Positions 19,801 to 28,357 of a stretch of DNA of 64,000 nucleotides are shown in pieces (positions within the stretch are counted from its first letter, which is position 1; each line of letters starts with the position of its first letter). Below the pieces are notes generated by a model, which worked only from the letters and a program-made list of their open reading frames with translations, was not told the origin of the DNA and ran no database searches. Both the position numbers and the translations under genes were made by a program. This DNA comes from a bacterium (GTDB lineage Bacteria > SAR324 > XYD2-FULL-50-16), in contig JAVVEA010000015.1 in the NCBI GenBank assembly GCA_032250835.1, positions 1-64,000 on the forward strand. Reading direction: 5' to 3'.

Positions 19801-20238
19801 CCCTTGTTGATGCAGCAGTTGGGGCGTTGGGATAAGGAAACGGCGGCCCAAGAGCCGGGCCCCGATTTGGGGATTTTGGTGGTTGATGACAAAAAGGCTG
19901 AGGCCCAATTGGTGATCCAAGCGCTGGAAGAGGCGGGCTTCGAGGTGGAATTGGCCCAGTCGGCCCAAGAGGCGATGGAAGCCTACCGGTCTGGGAATTT
20001 TGGGTTGGTCCTGGCGGACTTGAGTTTGCCCGGCACCGATGGGGTGGAGTTGATCCGCCGCATCCGTAACCATGACCTGGGCGAGCAGGGCTTTACCCGG
20101 CCGATCTTTGCCATGGTGGGCCATGGGGAAGGTGAGCGCCGTTTGGCGGCTTTTGAAGCCGGTGCCGACAATGCGCTACCCAAACCGATGGACCCCCGCC
20201 TGTTGGTTAGCTTAGTTAAAGATGCCTTGTATCTTTAA
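16873..20238 (+). CDS. Membrane hybrid sensor kinase-like protein (TM-periplasmic-TM-GAF-PAS-HisKA*-HATPase*-REC*-REC), likely a pseudokinase
   Basis: Domain order typical of BarA/RcsC-like hybrids, but the H-box reads LGKEVQTP (no His) and the G2 box PALGL; the terminal REC is intact (VVDD, LADLSLP, KP). Confidence 0.8.
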   Translation: MRLKILLPLLAVLLGVASVWGAWQGHYSHREAQSLRQVQARLEAAQSQIDQQVLDLKKRLGLLELWAPQNQELAQLALRAEQVGLKINEAWRIEQWPKRMRSSNLRELRRRANAEVELKITPELLAGTDDLWVVVDNLPPQAERLGEVLVQKPDAQGLKASVDVGLQQAGPGPWFGFSLPMDEGNPQWVLLTLDPSAWALELTQGISPDLGLEVSRQGDSLLKRAAPGGGTQHSVKIDASLVGLDWQFQVVAFAPPAALIGEQSEILLEVALLLLGLLAAFGLHRLAQNLETTQAERALWQARTLCFKQGLEEVRPEFGLQSALTAALEAVCRYANWPLAHLTLPDESRQQAQLNLWFEQVEGNFKSFIDAAESRNFQSGESLVDRVLAHEKIVWIENISEDVSFSRIKIQYDFGVKTAVGFPVMIGGDIVTVLEFYSDQELAWNQDQIDWTAGIIAQVGVLLDAYWAIQSRRRLEGRFEAVFSQVDEPLLLLNNDAQVESANRAFEVATGYKQVELIGRGLDLLLGDHEKLIQQTHQAIVEGNKLPFKRQLKTRRKDGQLIESTWFFSQSETDGRKTLIASFKSEAPAPAKPKATVAQTLSSGFEAQSRMAAENRLRGDYLATLGKEVQTPALAVSNLSRRLLHLPKAEDRQPLLQVLSQLSDQVSRKLTRAMELARLESGGLTLTEHPFDLRRLIGRTLDRYADQAQAKGLDIYSYINTEVPFFLVGDPQRIEEVLSILVENAVTYTAKGDVFLEVMALQQQNQSVELVFKITDTGPGISKERLSVLSHQITGKPKSAKEADLPALGLRLANGLAIRLGGGGLRFAAGSSKGLSVSVNVKLSVQPEQQGQGITLVRDLSGARILVLEAHEGLGQVLQKYLLAWGAQPLVLKGPAELLKLGNEKSLHGHVADLVVFDGLAAGSTAEEQLESIRKQAPDIPILWLGDRKSRKLPPVEARLQPLVYLSKPVKTLELYPLLMQQLGRWDKETAAQEPGPDLGILVVDDKKAEAQLVIQALEEAGFEVELAQSAQEAMEAYRSGNFGLVLADLSLPGTDGVELIRRIRNHDLGEQGFTRPIFAMVGHGEGERRLAAFEAGADNALPKPMDPRLLVSLVKDALYL

Positions 20239-20247
20239 CCAAAGGCT

Positions 20248-20865
20248 CTAGATCATCCCTTCAGCAGGAAGCTCCAACGCGCCGGGTCTAAGCACCCGGT
20301 AGCGGGGGGCTTGACGCAAATCTACCAAAGTCGAAGGCAAACCGCCAGGGCAAGGGCCCGAGTCCAGCCACAACCTCGGTAAGCCACCTAGCTGTTGCTG
20401 GGCCTCTTGCCGGTGGGTGCAGGGGGGCGCTCCGCTGCGGTTTGCGCTGGTGCCCACCCAGGGGCGTCCCGATTGCTCTATCAGTGCGGCCAGCTCGCTG
20501 TGGGCCACAAAGCGAAAGGCGACCCAGGGTCCAAGTGCGTTTAAATTGGCCGCCAATCCACAGGCGGGCAGGATAACACTTAAAGGGCCTGGCCAGTGGG
20601 CTTTAAGGAACTCTAGGGTGGCGTCGTTGAGCCCCGTTGTGTATCGGGCCAACATCTCAAAACCCGAAACTAAGACCAACAAAGGCTGGTTTAAAGCCCG
20701 TTGTTTGAGGTGGTAGACTTCAGCCACGGCGGTTTCGTCGTCGGCGAAGCAGCCCAAGGCGTAGAAACTTTCGGTGGGAAAAAGAAAGCAGGCCCCCGGT
20801 TGGGAGGCCTGCTGCAAAAAGGTTTGGGACTCGGCAGGTGCCAGAGGTAGATGGAAACCGGACAA
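20248..20865 (-). CDS. tsaC: L-threonylcarbamoyladenylate synthase (TsaC/YrdC/Sua5)
   Basis: FPTESFYALGC, KQR..NQPL, WPGPLS, TSANRSG, PSTLVD. Start uncertain (TTG 20865 or TTG 20907). Confidence 0.9.
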   Translation of the reverse strand: MSGFHLPLAPAESQTFLQQASQPGACFLFPTESFYALGCFADDETAVAEVYHLKQRALNQPLLVLVSGFEMLARYTTGLNDATLEFLKAHWPGPLSVILPACGLAANLNALGPWVAFRFVAHSELAALIEQSGRPWVGTSANRSGAPPCTHRQEAQQQLGGLPRLWLDSGPCPGGLPSTLVDLRQAPRYRVLRPGALELPAEGMI

Positions 20866-20870
20866 GGCCT

Positions 20871-22964
20871 TTAGCCCTTTTCGGTCAACCGCCAGATACC
20901 GTCCCAATCGGCGGCAGGCGGGTTTTTCATCAGTTGCTTGCAGCGCTCAAAATAGACGATGCTGGGGCCGTCGTTGGGGTCGATTTTAAGGACCTTTTGG
21001 AATAAGATGGCCGCTTCCTTAAAGCGCATGGCTTTATAATATTTCAGGGCATTTAAGTAGGCTTCTACTACGTCTGCTTTGATGCCGCTGGTCATGCCCT
21101 TGCGTTCTAGTAGGTCGTAAACCACGATGGGTTCGTCTTTGCCCACCACCGTGATTCGGTCTAGTTCCCGCACGTCGATGTCGTCTTTGGCCAACTCATA
21201 GGTAAACTCAGAGATCATCGAATAGTTTTTGTAAAACTTATTGGCCCCTTCTAAGCGAGCCGCCAAATTCACGGCGTCGCCCATCATAGTGTAATCCATC
21301 CGGGTCTTGCTACCCATGTTGCCCACTACCATAGGGCCACTGTTGATGCCCATCCGTACGTTTAACAGCGGGCGACCCTCGGCCTTTAGCTCTTCGCGCA
21401 TTAGGGTAAGCCGCTTTTGCATGTCGATGCTGGCCCAACAGGTGCGGGTGGCGTGGTCCGGCTGGTCTAAGGGAGCGCCCCAGAAGGCAATGATTGCGTC
21501 GCCCTCAAATTTATCGACGGTGCCATCATACTTCGAGATGATGTCGCACATGTCGGTCAGGTAGTAGTTGAGCAAGTTGACCAACTCTTCGGGAGTTAAG
21601 GACTCCGAGATGGTCGAAAACCCCGCGACGTCGCTAAAGTAGGCGGTCATCACCCGGCGTTCACCGCCGAGGCTCAACTTGTCGGGATCTTCAACCAAGG
21701 CCTCGATCACCGCGGGGCTCAGATACTGGCCGAAGGCCCCCTGAATGAAGCTGCGTTCCTTGCGTTCTTGGATGAAGAGATAGACGTTGATGGTAAAACT
21801 GCCGAGCATCATGGCCAAAAGGCCGTAGCCCATCGATAATTTTACGTCCAGATAGACATAAGTGACGACCCCCAGGGTGACGTAGGCGGCCACCAAGAGG
21901 ATCACCAGGGGGAAGCGGAACTTGGGGTCCGAAACGAAATGAGCGGCCAGCAATAAGATCATCAAGATCAACAGCACCGCAGCTTCGGTGGTGCTACTGG
22001 CTGGTTGGAGCGGAGCCCCTTTAAACAGGGTGTTGACTTCTTGAGCCATCACTTCAACCCCGTAGACCTCTCCGACCAAGGTGTCGAAAATATCGTGGCT
22101 GACTTCGCTGGTATCGCCTAACAAAACAACGCGGTCTTTAACCAAGTATTGGAGCTCTTCGACCATATCTTCGTCTTCTCGGTCGAAATCCAACAGGGCC
22201 ATACCGGGGATACCCACAAAGGGATCACGGCTCAAAAAGCGCACTCCGCCGTCTAAGCGCGAGTAGTCGATGACCAAATCCCCCCATTGGTCCAGATGAA
22301 CCCGTTGGTCACCGATGAATAGTTTCTTGCCTTCAAAGTGCGGCTTGACGCCCAAGTAATTGGCATAGGCCAAAATAGCAACGGGCCATTCGTTGAACTT
22401 CTCTGCCGCTTCGGGGTAAATCCGCAGACGGTTGAGCATGGTGCCGGTAGCTAGGTGGTTGCTATAGGCTGTCTGGGTAGCGTTTTTGATGGCTTCGGTG
22501 GGGTAGTTGACGCTTTTGATCTGCCCCTTTTCGATTTTTAACATAGAAACCACCAGGTTATTGCCAGCCCTTTTAAGGCTTTCGGCAATTACGGGGTCCT
22601 CGTTATAGCTAGAGGGGAAATCCATCAACATGTCGACGACGATCACCTTGGCACCTAAAAAGGAGAGGTTCTCCACAATGGTACCCACATCGGTGCGGCG
22701 AAGCGGGAAACTGCCGTACTCCTTAAAGAAGCCCTCGTCGAGATAGACGATGCTGATTTTATCTTTGGTGAAGGTGCGTTGTTCTTCGTCGCCCGAGCCG
22801 TTGCGGACGATATGGCGCGCCGATAGGGTTTGGTTCTCTAATCCAGAGAACCACTCAAAATGCTCCGCTGGGATCATGGCCAGGAAAATAGCCAGCGCGA
22901 TATAGAGGTCATACCGTATCAGCAGGTCTTTCATGGAAAACTGCTGTTTCTTCTTTTTGGCCAT
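20871..22964 (-). CDS. CHASE2-domain class III adenylate cyclase with C-terminal TPR-like tail
   Basis: CHASE2 (VYLDE, GAKVIVVDM, YGVEVMAQ), 3 TM, catalytic FSDVAGFST / DKFEGDA / YTMMGDAVNLAARLE; the Lys and Thr indicate ATP specificity. Confidence 0.9.
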   Translation of the reverse strand: MAKKKKQQFSMKDLLIRYDLYIALAIFLAMIPAEHFEWFSGLENQTLSARHIVRNGSGDEEQRTFTKDKISIVYLDEGFFKEYGSFPLRRTDVGTIVENLSFLGAKVIVVDMLMDFPSSYNEDPVIAESLKRAGNNLVVSMLKIEKGQIKSVNYPTEAIKNATQTAYSNHLATGTMLNRLRIYPEAAEKFNEWPVAILAYANYLGVKPHFEGKKLFIGDQRVHLDQWGDLVIDYSRLDGGVRFLSRDPFVGIPGMALLDFDREDEDMVEELQYLVKDRVVLLGDTSEVSHDIFDTLVGEVYGVEVMAQEVNTLFKGAPLQPASSTTEAAVLLILMILLLAAHFVSDPKFRFPLVILLVAAYVTLGVVTYVYLDVKLSMGYGLLAMMLGSFTINVYLFIQERKERSFIQGAFGQYLSPAVIEALVEDPDKLSLGGERRVMTAYFSDVAGFSTISESLTPEELVNLLNYYLTDMCDIISKYDGTVDKFEGDAIIAFWGAPLDQPDHATRTCWASIDMQKRLTLMREELKAEGRPLLNVRMGINSGPMVVGNMGSKTRMDYTMMGDAVNLAARLEGANKFYKNYSMISEFTYELAKDDIDVRELDRITVVGKDEPIVVYDLLERKGMTSGIKADVVEAYLNALKYYKAMRFKEAAILFQKVLKIDPNDGPSIVYFERCKQLMKNPPAADWDGIWRLTEKG

Positions 22965-23047
22965 CTTTACGCTCTCGGTTGAAGGTCTTTTCCCAGGCTT
23001 ACCAGTCTTTTGCCTTTGCTACAAGAGCCTGACTGCCTGCTAAGAAC

Positions 23048-23087
23048 AAAAAAAAAGGGCACCTCCTTGGCAGGAAGTGCCCTTTTT
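23048..23087 (-). terminator. Intrinsic terminator after the FecR-like gene
   Basis: On the minus strand: GGGCACTTCCT-GCCA-AGGAGGTGCCC followed by a run of 9 T. Confidence 0.85.
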
Positions 23088-23110
23088 AGGGACCTAAAAG
23101 CAAATTCCTT

Positions 23111-24076
23111 TTATTCTTCGGTCAACTCTTTGTACTTGGTCATTTCGTTGCGGTAAAGCTCGTCTAAGAAGAGTTGCTTTTTGATCACCCAGAAGTAATA
23201 GGGATAGATGTCCTCATCGTCCGGGTTGGCCTTGAGGTAGTCGCGGTATGAATCCATAGCGGCTACGTAAAGTCCTTCTTGCTCGTAAAGCTTGCTCAGC
23301 AGGGCATCGTTGCCCGGAAAGGCCTCTTGGATTTGTTTAGCCTGCGCAGCGAGCTCACGCTCCTTTCCTTCAGAAAGCCAGCTTAGTTGGCGGTCTAGCT
23401 GTTCGCGGCCTTTGCGGTAAGGCTTCATGGTGAAGACCTTCTTGCCGCTTTTAAGGACGTCAATGCTGTAGACCACATTGCCTTTGAAGGGCTTCACTTT
23501 AAGACGGACCAGCTCTTCTTTGGTCGGCGATACTTTATACACCTCGTTGCCTACTTTCACTTCATAGGAGAACTGCTCACCAGCAGATTCAAAGACGATG
23601 TAAGGGTAGGCGTCCGAAAGGGTTAGCTCGCGGGCTGATTCGACCTCAACTTTTTTAGAACTAGCAGCGCGGCGCACGGTGGTATAAGACTGGCTTTTGT
23701 CGAAGCGCTTCATCAAACCGGCCACCAAGGCGCTGCTTTCTCCGGCAGCGGCCAATTTACCCTTCTTGGCCACTAGCTTGCCGTCTTTAACGATAAATTC
23801 GGTGTTGGGGCCTAATTCAAAGGTATCGCCACTGGCTTGTAACATTACTTTACCGGAGCCATCGGCACCGCTACGGATCAGGTAGTCTGCTTTGAGGAAT
23901 TTGTTGCGGCGCACAGCACGCCACTTTTTGCCGTCTTTGGAGTACTCGACCTCGCCTTTGACTTGGCTTAAGACCGCAACCGGTTCATCGGGGGCAGCAA
24001 TAATCTCGGGTGCTTGGCTAAAACCAAAGCTCATCGTTAATGCCAAAGCAAACAGGAAAGTTAGCAACTTGCTCAT
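23111..24076 (-). CDS. Secreted protein with an N-terminal FecR-like beta domain and a C-terminal TPR-like region
   Basis: Signal peptide; VKGEVEY...LIRSGADGSGKV..GDTFELGPNT resembles the FecR N-terminal pattern; helical C-terminus LYEQEGLYVAAMDSY..YLKANPDD. Confidence 0.65.
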   Translation of the reverse strand: MSKLLTFLFALALTMSFGFSQAPEIIAAPDEPVAVLSQVKGEVEYSKDGKKWRAVRRNKFLKADYLIRSGADGSGKVMLQASGDTFELGPNTEFIVKDGKLVAKKGKLAAAGESSALVAGLMKRFDKSQSYTTVRRAASSKKVEVESARELTLSDAYPYIVFESAGEQFSYEVKVGNEVYKVSPTKEELVRLKVKPFKGNVVYSIDVLKSGKKVFTMKPYRKGREQLDRQLSWLSEGKERELAAQAKQIQEAFPGNDALLSKLYEQEGLYVAAMDSYRDYLKANPDDEDIYPYYFWVIKKQLFLDELYRNEMTKYKELTEE

Positions 24077-24132
24077 GTCGAATTCCTTCTCATCGGGTTG
24101 CGGCCCCCTTAGGCCAATGTCTATTTAGGTAC

Positions 24133-24161
24133 ATTATAGGGTATCCCATTAGCAGGCGCAA
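24133..24161 (-). promoter_or_regulatory. Sigma70-type promoter for the FecR-like gene
   Basis: Minus strand TTGCGC-17 nt-TATAAT, 57 nt upstream of the ATG at 24076. Confidence 0.65.
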
Positions 24162-24175
24162 GAGCACAAGTTGAC

Positions 24176-24964
24176 TCAGAACTCTAACTCAAGGTCACGA
24201 TTGACCTCAAAGAATTTAGAATGTTTGCGTAAGCGATTGAAGGCTTCTTCTAATCGGTCCAGTAGCGCAAGTTCCTCTTCATCAGGGTTAGCAAAGCTGA
24301 AGACCCCGGTCAGACCGCCGTTTACTGCGTACCCCGCAGTTTGGCTGCGCAGCTTCGATAAGATGCGTTTGGCCTGCTGTGAGTCCGTCGCTGGGAAACC
24401 AAATAAGAAACTTTCTTTCCCGTAGTGGGCCGCTAGATCGCCCCAGCGGATCAATTCGGCGAAGCGGCGGCCTAGTAGGTGGATCGTTTCGATCGAAGAG
24501 GGCTCTTTGGGCCCCAGAAGTGCTACGGCAAAGGGGGAATCGGCGCGGCGCGCTTCTTCGATCTTTTCGCTTAAAAGTCGTTGGCCTAGTTGCTGGTTAT
24601 ACAGACCGGTTTCTTTGTCGTAGACCGCTTGTTTGGACATCTCGGCCTTGCGCTCGGCCAGTAGCTTGACCGCTATCGCCTGATCTTCGGGCTGGTCCAG
24701 GGCTTCGGATACCATGGCGTATAGCTCTAAATCTTCAAGCCTCAATTTTTTATAGATCGCGAGCTGTTGCGTATCGTGGCCCAGCTTGGTGGCGAGATCG
24801 GCCAAAATCTGTGATTCTAGTTCGATCATTTTGCGCAGCCGCTCCAACAGCTCCGCCCAGTTGCTGTTGTCTCGGTCCGCCCGGTTGTAGCGTCTTAGTA
24901 TCTGCATACGGGTTTCGTATTGGTGCAGATCGATTTCACAGCGGCAATGGACAACAGGTTTCAT
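24176..24964 (-). CDS. Degenerate GGDEF-domain protein
   Basis: YDKETGLYN, FAVALL and RWGDLAAHYGKESF in place of RxxDxxxRxGGEEF. ATG at 24964 has a GGAG RBS. Confidence 0.65.
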   Translation of the reverse strand: MKPVVHCRCEIDLHQYETRMQILRRYNRADRDNSNWAELLERLRKMIELESQILADLATKLGHDTQQLAIYKKLRLEDLELYAMVSEALDQPEDQAIAVKLLAERKAEMSKQAVYDKETGLYNQQLGQRLLSEKIEEARRADSPFAVALLGPKEPSSIETIHLLGRRFAELIRWGDLAAHYGKESFLFGFPATDSQQAKRILSKLRSQTAGYAVNGGLTGVFSFANPDEEELALLDRLEEAFNRLRKHSKFFEVNRDLELEF

Positions 24965-25149
24965 GGGACTTCTCCGAGGGGGATCGCTGGTGTTTGGGAT
25001 TAGTTTATCATAGCCGAGGCGGTTCTGTGGATCATTTCTTCGTAAAATCGAGCGCCAACCCTGGTTGGCAAGGGTTGCCAGATTGTTAGGCCCGGCGTAG
25101 GATGGACCAGATAAATTCACTTACCTGCCAAACGCTTGTGTAAACTACG

Positions 25150-26502
25150 ATGAACAAAGAGCAACGCTGGTCTAAATCTTCTTGGCAAACCCTGGTGGCA
25201 GCCCAACAACCCAATTGGCCCGATCAGGCGAGCTATGCTTCGGTTTTGGCTGATTTGGAGCGGTTACCGCCCTTGGTTTTTGCTGGCGAGGCCCGCAAAC
25301 TAAAATCGGATATTGCTCGGGCCCAACGGGGCGAAGCCTTTTTGTTGCAAGGCGGAGACTGTGCCGAAGAGTTTGCCCGTTGCACCGCTCCGGCGATCCG
25401 CGAGACCCTCAAGGTGATCTTGCAGATGTCGGTGATCCTCACCTATGCCGGTGAAAAACCGGTCATTAAGGTAGGGCGCATTGCCGGACAATACGCCAAG
25501 CCGCGCTCCAGCGACACCGAAGTGATCGACGGTCTAGAATTGCCCAGCTACCGTGGAGACATCATCAACAGCCCGGAATTTACCGAGGCGGCACGTCTGC
25601 CCGATGCGGACCGGTTGCGCCAGGGGTATTTTTATTCTGCGGCGACTTTAAACATCTTGCGGGGCTTCACTAAAGGCGGGTTTGCCTCTTTAGAACGGGT
25701 CCATTCCTGGAACAATGAGTTCGTGTCTAACTCCAAAGAAGGTAAGGGCTACGAACGACTGGCCGGTGAAATCGACAAGGCGCTGAAGTTTATTGGCACC
25801 ATCGGTATGGATATGGGCAAAGAGCGGGACCTGAACCAAGTGGATTTTTACACCAGCCACGAAGCCCTGCTTTTGGCCTATGAAGAAGCCATGACACGCT
25901 GTGACTCCACCACCGGAGAATGGTACGACTGCTCGGCCCATATGCTCTGGATAGGGGACCGAACCCGTCAGTTAGACGGGGCTCATGTGGAATTTTTGCG
26001 CGGCGTGCGTAACCCCATCGGCATGAAGCTGGGCCCCAACCACGACATCGACGAGATCAAACGGATTATCGACCGCCTCAACCCGGACAACGAACCTGGG
26101 CGCATGACGATGATCACTCGCTTTGGGGCGGATTTGATTGACGAGCACCTGCCTAAGGTGCTGCGCCAGCTTAAAGGTGAGGGCTACAACCTGCTTTGGA
26201 GCTGTGACCCTATGCACGGGAACACCTACAAAGCCGGTAACTACAAAACCCGTAGCTTTGAAGCCATTTTAAAGGAAATCGGGCATTTCTTCCATATCCA
26301 CCGCGCCGAAGGAACGATCCCCGGCGGTATCCACTTCGAGTTGACCGGCGAAGCGGTGACGGAATGTGTGGGCGGCGGTTCGGACAACCTAGAGGCGCAT
26401 CAGCTAGAAGAAAACTACCTGACCAGTTGCGACCCTCGGCTCAACGGACGCCAGAGCCTAGACATTGCCTTCATGATCGCCCATTTGCTTAAGCACCCCT
26501 AA
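25150..26502 (+). CDS. Class II 3-deoxy-7-phosphoheptulonate (DAHP) synthase
   Basis: LLQGGDCAE, GRIAGQYAKPRS, SYRGDIIN, WIGDRTRQ, CDPMHGNT, CDPRLN. Confidence 0.95.
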   Translation: MNKEQRWSKSSWQTLVAAQQPNWPDQASYASVLADLERLPPLVFAGEARKLKSDIARAQRGEAFLLQGGDCAEEFARCTAPAIRETLKVILQMSVILTYAGEKPVIKVGRIAGQYAKPRSSDTEVIDGLELPSYRGDIINSPEFTEAARLPDADRLRQGYFYSAATLNILRGFTKGGFASLERVHSWNNEFVSNSKEGKGYERLAGEIDKALKFIGTIGMDMGKERDLNQVDFYTSHEALLLAYEEAMTRCDSTTGEWYDCSAHMLWIGDRTRQLDGAHVEFLRGVRNPIGMKLGPNHDIDEIKRIIDRLNPDNEPGRMTMITRFGADLIDEHLPKVLRQLKGEGYNLLWSCDPMHGNTYKAGNYKTRSFEAILKEIGHFFHIHRAEGTIPGGIHFELTGEAVTECVGGGSDNLEAHQLEENYLTSCDPRLNGRQSLDIAFMIAHLLKHP

Positions 26503-26515
26503 CCCAAGGGAGTCC

Positions 26516-27295
26516 ATGCCGCGCAAAACCATCCCGCAGTTAAGGGCCCTAAAAGGCCAGACCCCCATTGTCGTGGCTACGGCCTATGACGCTACTTTGG
26601 CTCGTTTGGTAGACGCTGCGGTGGATGCTATTTTGGTCGGAGATTCTTTGGGTATGGTGGTGGCTGGGTTGGAGAGCACCCTAAAGGTCAGCCTGGATCA
26701 GATGGTTTATCATTGTTCCATGGTGGCTAGAGGCTCGAAATTGGCCGCCTTGATCGGGGACTTGCCCTTCTTGAGTTACCAACTAAACCCCGAGCAGGCC
26801 TTGGTCAGTGCTGGGCGGTTGGTGGTTGAAGGGGGGATGATGGCCGTTAAGCTTGAAGGTGGCAGCGAGTATGTTCCTCAAATCCGCAAGATTGTTGCCG
26901 CTGGGATTCCGGTGGTCGGACATTTAGGGATGCAGCCCCAGTGGCTCAACGCCTATGGTGGTTATGGCAAACAAGCCAAAGACGAAGCCGGGGCCCAGTT
27001 GCTTTTGCAAGATGCACTAGCCCTAGAAGCCGCCGGAGTGAGTCTGTTGGTATTAGAGAATATCCCCCATAAACTGGCCAAAGAAGTGACCGCAAAGCTG
27101 TCGATCCCTACCATCGGAATCGGGGCGGGCCCAGACACAGACGGCCAAGTGCAGGTCTGGCACGACTTGATGGGCATGGACCCAGACTTTGCTCCGCGCC
27201 ATGCGGTGCCCTTCCGGGCTTTAGGTAAAGAGGTGATGGAGGCTGCGGCCGAGTACGCCGCTGCGGTGCGTTCGGGTCAGTTTAACAGCAAATAA
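26516..27295 (+). CDS. panB: 3-methyl-2-oxobutanoate hydroxymethyltransferase
   Basis: TAYD, LVGDSLGMV, DLPFLSY, VKLEGG, GHLG, PTIGIGAG..TDGQVQV. Confidence 0.95.
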   Translation: MPRKTIPQLRALKGQTPIVVATAYDATLARLVDAAVDAILVGDSLGMVVAGLESTLKVSLDQMVYHCSMVARGSKLAALIGDLPFLSYQLNPEQALVSAGRLVVEGGMMAVKLEGGSEYVPQIRKIVAAGIPVVGHLGMQPQWLNAYGGYGKQAKDEAGAQLLLQDALALEAAGVSLLVLENIPHKLAKEVTAKLSIPTIGIGAGPDTDGQVQVWHDLMGMDPDFAPRHAVPFRALGKEVMEAAAEYAAAVRSGQFNSK

Positions 27296-27754
27296 CTATT
27301 TTAGGGAGTCCGCCGCCCGGCGGGCTGCTTCAAAAACCAACTTTAGCGGAACCTGGGCCTGCTCGGCTAGCTGCTTGCAGTCTTCAAACTCAGGGCTGAC
27401 TTGGGTGGTTTTTCCTTGGTGCTTGGCGATTTTTACCTGCACTTCTCCCCAGGGCGTTGCGACGGTGACCAAGGACTTTTCAAGGCGGTGCCCGGTGACG
27501 GCGTGGTAACGCAACCCCATGCTGCTGGTTTCGTTAAAAACAATCCCTTCAATGGTTTCTAGTAGCTTTGCTGGTAAAAGGCATTTGAGCATCAGCGCGG
27601 GCCGCCCCTTTTTCATGAGGATTGGCTGGAACCATGCATCTTTAGCCCCGGCAGCGAGCAACTGGTCTAACACAGGAGCGCAGAGCTCGGGGCTCATGTC
27701 GTCGATATTTGCACTTAATTCCAAAAGGTTGGCATCGGTGTGTTCGGTTTCCAT
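27296..27754 (-). CDS. larC: Stand-alone LarC C-terminal domain (nickel-pincer cofactor cyclometallase, LarC2-like)
   Basis: ANIDDMSPE, AGAKDAW..PILMKKGRP, ETSSMGLR, TPWGEVQVK, PEFEDC; only 152 aa. Confidence 0.85.
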   Translation of the reverse strand: METEHTDANLLELSANIDDMSPELCAPVLDQLLAAGAKDAWFQPILMKKGRPALMLKCLLPAKLLETIEGIVFNETSSMGLRYHAVTGHRLEKSLVTVATPWGEVQVKIAKHQGKTTQVSPEFEDCKQLAEQAQVPLKLVFEAARRAADSLK

Positions 27755-28350
27755 CAAGCGCTCCGCTCATATTTATCACGCCACTGGTCGTAGCTTAACC
27801 CTAAATGTTCGGCTTTGCGCTGGCGGTGGGTTGTCAGGTAACGTTGGGTGAAGAGATAGGCGAGGATGGATAAAGGGATGGCCCAAAAGAGGCTACCGAT
27901 CACCATGGGGTAGCCTAAATCGAGGATCAAAAATCCTATCCCTTCTTTAAACATGTCCCAAGACGAGGCCCCTTGGGCGTGGGTGATTTCTTCTAATCGT
28001 TTGGTGAACTCTTGGTAAGACATCACCCCCTCATTGGCACCGACCACCGCAAAGAACCAATTCCCGGTGACCAAAAATCCATAATAGAGCGGCCCCATGG
28101 TGACAGGATTGCTCAGCCAGACCATGGCGGTGCTGATCACTAAGTCAAACTTGCGGCGCAGCAGGTATTTAAAGACCAACCAGCTTCCGAAGACTAGGCT
28201 CATCTGGATGCCCACCGTCGGCGTCATCCCTAAAAACATCCCCACCGCTGCGCCTAGAGCTGCCTCGGGTATGGGCGCGTGGCTTTCTAGGATGGGCTTG
28301 ATGATGTGTTGGTTTAGCTTGTCTTTAAAGACCTTCCAGGGTCCTTTCAT
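27754..28350 (-). CDS. DUF2062-family membrane protein
   Basis: ALGAAVGMFLGMTPTVGIQ, WLSNPVTMGPLYY and two further hydrophobic segments. Confidence 0.8.
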   Translation of the reverse strand: MKGPWKVFKDKLNQHIIKPILESHAPIPEAALGAAVGMFLGMTPTVGIQMSLVFGSWLVFKYLLRRKFDLVISTAMVWLSNPVTMGPLYYGFLVTGNWFFAVVGANEGVMSYQEFTKRLEEITHAQGASSWDMFKEGIGFLILDLGYPMVIGSLFWAIPLSILAYLFTQRYLTTHRQRKAEHLGLSYDQWRDKYERSA

Positions 28351-28357
28351 GGGGTCC

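Noticed and set aside
27754-28350. Hidden larC N-terminal half joined by a programmed frameshift
   Set aside because: The upstream gene is a DUF2062 membrane protein, and no LarC N-terminal or His-rich ORF appears in the supplied frames.
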